DNA of 64,000 nucleotides from Mayamaea pseudoterrestris (lineage: Eukaryota). The position numbers were made by a program, and so were the translations under genes. Position 1 is the stretch's first letter, and the number at the start of each line of letters is the position of its first letter. The notes under the pieces were generated by a model. It saw nothing but the letters and a program-made list of their open reading frames with translations, did no database searches and had not been told where the DNA came from. The stretch lies in contig BROI01000002.1 of assembly GCA_027923505.1 (NCBI GenBank), positions 2,418,001 to 2,482,000 on the forward strand. The letters run 5' to 3'. Of this stretch, positions 58,385-64,000 are shown piece by piece.

Positions 58385-59629
58385 TTAGTTTTTAAAGCGC
58401 TCAGGGTTGCAAAAGTCGAGTCGCCATTGCAGCATGTCTTTTCCTAGAGCGAAATCAGCCATCATCGCACCCAGAGCGGGCGCCATCTTGAAGCCATGAC
58501 CACAGCATGCGGACACTCCAAATATTCCTGAACTGGGACTTGCGACTAGAAAGTGACCGTCAGGCGTCATGGTATACAAACAGGGCTCCGTTGCCACGAA
58601 ATGCGGAACGGCGTGGCCAGTCCAAGCAACAGAATGTAAACCAAGCATTGTCGTGTGCTGCAGCTGTGCATACTCGTCGCGTGTGACCTCCAACGAGTGA
58701 GTACTTGGATCAGATATCTGCTCTGCATTACAATGCGTCCCAACCTTGATCCAATGTTTCATAGTGCCGGCTGTTGTATCGGCTGGTGTGCCGTAGATTG
58801 GTATCTGCCAATCAGGAGTCTCCATAAACCAAGCTGGCATCTTTTCAAGTGAGTAAGCCTTTTCATGTTGAGATGTGTCAATCCAGGCTTGAATTTGTCG
58901 AGTGACAGTCAAGTAAGGAGCCCACTGTGGTAACAGTTGGGATGTCCAAGCTCCTGCCGAGACAAGGATCGTATCCGCAACAATTTCTCTTTCCTCCTCC
59001 GGTTCTCCGCCGGTCACATCACAGCTGAATGGCTGTACTCGTATAGCCATTTTACCATCCGATCGCTTCCGCATGTTGGTAACAGCCGTGTTTCCGATCA
59101 TGGCAGCGTACCCGGACAATTGAGCATCAGCTTGCGCTGCCTGAATGACACGTTCCGGTCGCAGGATGCCAGCATTTGGTTCCAATAAGCCGACCATATC
59201 ATGCTCGGACCGAAACTGCGGAAATTTCGTAGCCAATTCCTCATTTTCCAGAAAGTTGACTGGTATATCGTGCTTGGCGGCAGCATGGGCCGATGCAGCT
59301 AAAAGCGGAGGGAGATCGGTTCGACACGCACTCCCTTTTGGTGCCATCAATAACATCCCACATTCATGCATCAGTTCTGTCTCTTGGTCCAAATCCTGCA
59401 ACTCGCGAAAGGCATTCAAGGAGAATTCTATCCAAGGCACATAATGAGGATGTTCAAAGTAAGCGCGTCGATAAATTCTTGTCATGCCATGCGACGAGCC
59501 GCGTGCATGTGCCCCGAGAGAAAATCGTTCAATGCCAAGCCATCGTCCTGGCGTCTTGGATAACGCACGCAAAGCGAACGACCCAACAGCACCTAACCCG
59601 ATGACTACAGCGTCGTAATGGTTGTTCAT
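58385..59629 (-). CDS. FAD-dependent monomeric sarcosine oxidase / N-methyltryptophan oxidase family protein
   Basis: VIGLGAVG, GSSHGMTRIYR, PCLYTMTPDGHF (FAD-attachment Cys motif) and GHGFK. Confidence 0.88.
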   Translation of the reverse strand: MNNHYDAVVIGLGAVGSFALRALSKTPGRWLGIERFSLGAHARGSSHGMTRIYRRAYFEHPHYVPWIEFSLNAFRELQDLDQETELMHECGMLLMAPKGSACRTDLPPLLAASAHAAAKHDIPVNFLENEELATKFPQFRSEHDMVGLLEPNAGILRPERVIQAAQADAQLSGYAAMIGNTAVTNMRKRSDGKMAIRVQPFSCDVTGGEPEEEREIVADTILVSAGAWTSQLLPQWAPYLTVTRQIQAWIDTSQHEKAYSLEKMPAWFMETPDWQIPIYGTPADTTAGTMKHWIKVGTHCNAEQISDPSTHSLEVTRDEYAQLQHTTMLGLHSVAWTGHAVPHFVATEPCLYTMTPDGHFLVASPSSGIFGVSACCGHGFKMAPALGAMMADFALGKDMLQWRLDFCNPERFKN

Positions 59630-60027
59630 TGAATTTGGTTTTTGAACGGGCTTGGGGCTTGGCTGGTTACGTGGTTCGAGGTGCGACGTGCAATCTTCTA
59701 TCTTGGAATTAGGCGGATCCTCTTTGTCTGAAATTTTCCAGCTTTCCCTGGCAAATGACAGTTGTTCGCTGAAGTCGCCCGCAATGGTTGATGAGTTGCG
59801 CCTATGTCATGTTTCTTCGGACGATCAGAGGATATGGGAAGAGACCGGCACACCCTATTTTGCATGCCGGCTCGATATTCGATCGGCGATTCTACGAGTC
59901 GTACCGAGACCAACTTGCATTTAAACGTCACATTGTCTTTCCGGTTTTAACATGACAATGAGTGTGACGATCGCCAGCGTCCGACCTGCCACCATGACGG
60001 GACGACAAATTCAAGGCCTTCACAGTA

Positions 60028-61248
60028 ATGGACACTGAAGAGGACAACTACCCAAGCTCCTTTTGTTGCGCAGGTGCAACGATGGGTTCCAACGGAATTA
60101 GCAACACTACTCGATCGTCCTTACGCAGCCTTCTCAGAGTGCCAACTTCGTCAGCTTGCTTCGATGCTGGTACCCTTGCCAGCGGAACTGCTTTTGATCT
60201 GATCCTGGTACGATCCTCTACGACTGGTCAAACAGCATGCAGTGAACCAACATTCTGCTTTAAGCCCTTTGGTGGCACAGCTTCATCACTCGCTAGTAAC
60301 TTCAAAGTTCTACTGGAGGTTGAAATTCTCAACGAAACCATACACCCTCTCGCGCGCTATCGCAATAGAAGGCGAGTTGTCGAATTCCCGCTTGATAGAA
60401 ACATGAGAATACGTTTGCCAAGTGATCATGGGACAACTGCCAACGCAACCATGAGCGAGCGCGGAAACGAAGATGACGAGGGAACCGATGATTCTGCCTT
60501 AAACACGTTGGCTGATATTTTAAAATGTAGCTGCAGCCGCGGCCGGTACACTTTGCTTAACAATTTTGGAATTATTATTGCCGCAGCGTGCATGAATATT
60601 CATCTTTGGAGCGAGCAGGACCGGATTGCCGTCGTTGACATTGATGGAACCATTACCAAGTCGAACGTGCGCGGCGTGTACGATACAATCCTCACGCGAA
60701 CCTATCTTCACTGCCATGATGGAGTGTGCGAGCTTCTTTCCACGCTTCCCGATAGCGTTCGAGTCGTTTACTTGACCGCCCGACCCATGAGCTTGTCGGA
60801 TAAGACGCGCGCGTTCTTGTCGAGCGTCCGACAGGCGAACCATGGCTTGCCAATGGGCGCTTTGATTGGTTTTACCGGCAGCTTGATGCGAATGATGTTG
60901 ATGGAGCTACTCTACAAGTCAGCCAATGAGTTCAAGCTGGAGGCCCTACAGCGTTATGTAGTGGGACCGTTCCAAGCTCTGGGCGCCACTGTCAGATTCA
61001 GTGCCGCCTTTGGAAATACAACGATGGATATGGAAGCATACCATGCTGCTGGAATGGACCTTCACTCTATATATCTCATCGACAGTCAATCAAGGATTTT
61101 TTGTCTTGATGGCAAGGATCACAATACAAAGGTTGTAGTGGATAGAAATGAATTTTACCTCTTGGCGAGGGGTTCCAGTTTTCACGGCTACAGGGATCGA
61201 CGGCTATTGTCCCACATATCGGAGAGGATTAATATTGTCAACTTATAA
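60028..61248 (+). CDS. LNS2/lipin-type HAD phosphatase (phosphatidate phosphatase-like)
   Basis: VVDIDGTITKS, VYLTARP, FK and AAFGNTTMDMEAY motifs. Confidence 0.82.
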   Translation: MDTEEDNYPSSFCCAGATMGSNGISNTTRSSLRSLLRVPTSSACFDAGTLASGTAFDLILVRSSTTGQTACSEPTFCFKPFGGTASSLASNFKVLLEVEILNETIHPLARYRNRRRVVEFPLDRNMRIRLPSDHGTTANATMSERGNEDDEGTDDSALNTLADILKCSCSRGRYTLLNNFGIIIAAACMNIHLWSEQDRIAVVDIDGTITKSNVRGVYDTILTRTYLHCHDGVCELLSTLPDSVRVVYLTARPMSLSDKTRAFLSSVRQANHGLPMGALIGFTGSLMRMMLMELLYKSANEFKLEALQRYVVGPFQALGATVRFSAAFGNTTMDMEAYHAAGMDLHSIYLIDSQSRIFCLDGKDHNTKVVVDRNEFYLLARGSSFHGYRDRRLLSHISERINIVNL

Positions 61249-61671
61249 ACGATCGGTAACGTACCTACCAGTATTTGATGCGATCTTCGTCATATCTATT
61301 GGTATTCACTGCGACAGCATTGCAATATTATAGTAGGGAACTCATTATCAAAGTTCTTAAGCGTAACTACTCATTGCGAAGGTAGTAAGCACCACAAGCA
61401 AAGTATAAAGGCATACGTTTGCTCTGTTCGCTACTATATACCAAATGCAAGTATACATCACCTTGCTTTTCGGCATCATTGATGGAGTCCGGACGAAAGA
61501 TCCCGCGCAACCTATTCAAGACGCATCATCACGACACGCCATTGAGTCGCAGTACGACATGCATTTTTGCGGAGGGAGATGGAATCTTCCCATGCTCGTC
61601 ACAACCATGACCATCTCCACATACCACTAGTTTGTCGAAGTTGCTCGTCTCGCAAGGCCGGTAAATCGTAA

Positions 61672-63265
61672 ATGTCAAACGACGATACCCTGGAACCGGC
61701 TTCTGTCATGTCTGATGAGGCATCCTCTGTGACCGCGTCGGTTTCGACGTCAGATGGCTCTCCACTGGACGGGGAATACCAATGTCTCATCGAAGGCATG
61801 GAAGACGATACTGAGATTCCTCTAGCTCCATCGGTGGAGCTCGAGCTTCAACGAACCATGTCAGAGTATAGAATCGATTATCAAAGCCGATTGAAAGATA
61901 GTAGTACTGCCTTGTATGGACAGCCCATGCCAGCCCATGAAGCTGAGAATCTCGTGCCAACAGGGGATGGCGGTTTGATTTGGTACGCAACAATTATACC
62001 AACCGAATTCTTTGAAGATGGGAAATTGCGGAAAGGGTTGAATCGCAGGGATTTTGACTTTGAGCACCAGGAGGTTAAGCCTCGTCGTCCTTCACTTCCA
62101 GTGACTTCGGCAGACTTTTTTGCGTCGCTTACCACCGTTGATGGACCGAATGGCAAAAGGTTCATCTTTTCGGGAGTATTAAACGGATGGCCAGCGCTGC
62201 GAAACTTTGAAGTCATGGCGATTGAAGAGAGACGGAGTGGCTCAACCTTGGTTCCTACGACTGTTGAACTCATGTCGGACCATATTCAAAGCATGCTATG
62301 GCGACGAGTCTGGGACACCACAGGACAAACTGGCCCTCCACGCCTTCCAAAGTCTCATGCTGTCTACAGAGCCAAGCTTCGCGGAGCTCCATGGACCAGT
62401 CAAGGATGGTCGAAAGAATCGCCGGGTCTGGCCTTTTGGTATGAGACGTATCCTAAGGAACGTCTTACATTTGGAACGGACATGGTGAAAATTCTTGGCG
62501 AAGAGAAGTGCACTCGCGTGCACATGGTTTCGCATCGCTACGCCGTCCAACGAGAGTCGCCAAGGGACCGTCTGACGTACCATTCCATTTGCTTCTTGGA
62601 ATGGGAGCACGGACAGTATGGGACTGTCGTCGAAAATGCTTACTTGAATGGGCTGGGTGGCTACAAGGGTTTATGCAACTGGTACGACGACAAGGATGAC
62701 CCAGGTCCGACGGGTATTTATAAGGCCATGCCAATGGAAATGATACAGCCATGGATGACGACCCGATCAGAGATTCGAATTATGGATGTCAAGTCAAAAA
62801 GTTTGCCTGAGTTGCAGGCATACATCGCTAGGTATACGGGGTGCACGAAACGTTTTGTGGATCCCCAGTACACGTTTTCGCACGATGTACGCCTTACATT
62901 CCGATCAAAGCGGCAGCTGTCTCAATACTTTATCAATTACATATCTCGAGACTCGACATACGCCGACCTTAAACGAAATTGTCAGACTTTCTCGGCGGAT
63001 CTCTGCGCCTTTTTGGCCGGCAAGCGTAACATTCCGCCTTTTCACCCAGTCAGCAGAATTGAGTACCAGCCAAAGATTCATTATTTTTTGTACGAGGTGA
63101 GCATATATTGCGCGTTTGCGCAAAAAAACCTTAAGTGATCTTAAAATAAAGGGCTCATACCAGCAACAATTTCATCACGCACAGTTTTCCATGTACCTAT
63201 CCCATGACGAGAAAAGGAAACGGAAGGAGCAGAGAGACCGACAGAAGTCGCGACTAAGTTTGTGA
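61672..63265 (+). CDS. Uncharacterised protein, possibly with a permuted papain-like (PPPDE/LRAT-type) C-terminal domain; intron 63097-63184
   Basis: 488-aa ORF plus a spliced last exon (FSMYLSHDEKRK...LSL*); YHS...YADLKRNCQTFS pattern. Confidence 0.6.
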
Positions 63266-63368
63266 CGCGTTCGTAAGCAGTATGTTTTTTACGAAGCGTT
63301 TACGAACTAATGCTGCAGCATTTACGTGCAACAACAGCGGCTTACAACCTTTGATAACAATTCAGCTT

Positions 63369-64000
63369 TTACTCATACATTGCATCATCGTCATCATCAT
63401 CGTTGCCGCCACCGCCATTTCCACCGTTGCCATTGTTTCCTCCACCAGACTCACCGCCGCCGCTAAAGAACCCACCGTCTCCCATTGAGTCCATAAGCAA
63501 GTTGGCAGCCAAAGCCTCATTCTTGTCGCATGCCAAGAAGGCTTGCGCAGCTTCCGATCGATCGAAACCCATCTCCGTCAAACGATCAACTGCCGCCATT
63601 TCTTCCTCCGTCAAGTGTAGAACCGTTGCTCCTGCCGGGGCGCCACCGGCACCGCCATTACCACCACCCATCATGGCCATCATCATATCATCCATATCAT
63701 CTCCGCCTGCATCGCCACCCATAGCCTGCATCATGAACCGGTTCAACTGTTCCGGTGGAAGAGATCCAATCATTTGCGCCGTCTGACGAAGCTGTTCCGG
63801 CGAAATGCCCATCATTTGTGCCATCTGCGCAACCTCTTCTGTACCCATGGACTGAATCATTTGCGCCATTTGCGACGGAGCAGCCACGCCACCGGCAGCA
63901 GCATCCATACCCGCAGCTCCGACCCCACCGGATCCGGCCGATGAGCCAGAGGGAGCACCCGTCGCGACAGGTTCATTCATCATTTGCAAAAAGAGCGCCT
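63369..64000 (-). CDS. RAD23: RAD23 UV excision repair / proteasome shuttle protein, 3' part
   Basis: LTEEEMAAVDRLTEMGFDRSEAAQAFLACDKNEALAANLL matches the RAD23 UBA2; the upstream ALFLQMMNEP marks the end of the XPC-binding domain. Confidence 0.9.
   Translation of the reverse strand, partial: ALFLQMMNEPVATGAPSGSSAGSGGVGAAGMDAAAGGVAAPSQMAQMIQSMGTEEVAQMAQMMGISPEQLRQTAQMIGSLPPEQLNRFMMQAMGGDAGGDDMDDMMMAMMGGGNGGAGGAPAGATVLHLTEEEMAAVDRLTEMGFDRSEAAQAFLACDKNEALAANLLMDSMGDGGFFSGGGESGGGNNGNGGNGGGGNDDDDDDAMYE

Noticed and set aside
24529..59629. Alanine racemase plus FAD amino-acid oxidase as a D-amino-acid gene cluster
   Set aside because: They are more than 30 kb apart with unrelated genes between, and the oxidase motifs fit sarcosine oxidase rather than D-amino-acid oxidase.

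Overview
Eukaryotic nuclear DNA, most likely a diatom (inferred from short GT-AG introns of about 70-130 bp, a bipartite plastid-targeting N-terminus and CoDi-like Ty1/copia elements). The first ~22.6 kb is gene-free and made of nucleosome-sized satellites in layers. These are a 180+172-bp dimeric satellite (1-3.9 kb), a 169-bp satellite (5.8-21.1 kb), its diverged outer variant (21.1-22.4 kb) and a 174-bp relic. Two 3'-truncated Copia LTR retrotransposons interrupt the arrays. From 22.9 kb the window is gene-dense: PSMD5, alanine racemase, an OSCA/TMEM63 channel, MPDU1, a plastid methyltransferase, RecQ with a GRF finger, Brr2, HMG-box and RRM proteins, Nup54, a sarcosine-oxidase-family enzyme, an LNS2/lipin-type phosphatase and RAD23. 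A young Copia element with identical LTRs lies about 100 bp upstream of Nup54. It carries an internal 1-kb copy of Nup54, which is either gene capture or, more likely, a haplotype-polishing chimera. Main highlights: a candidate satellite/retrotransposon centromere or subtelomere with a conserved 19-bp dyad box, an in-frame UGA between gag and pol, half-tRNA(Asn/Met) primer-binding sites, and a chromo-like domain in a Copia pol. All calls are from motif reading by eye; no searches were run.
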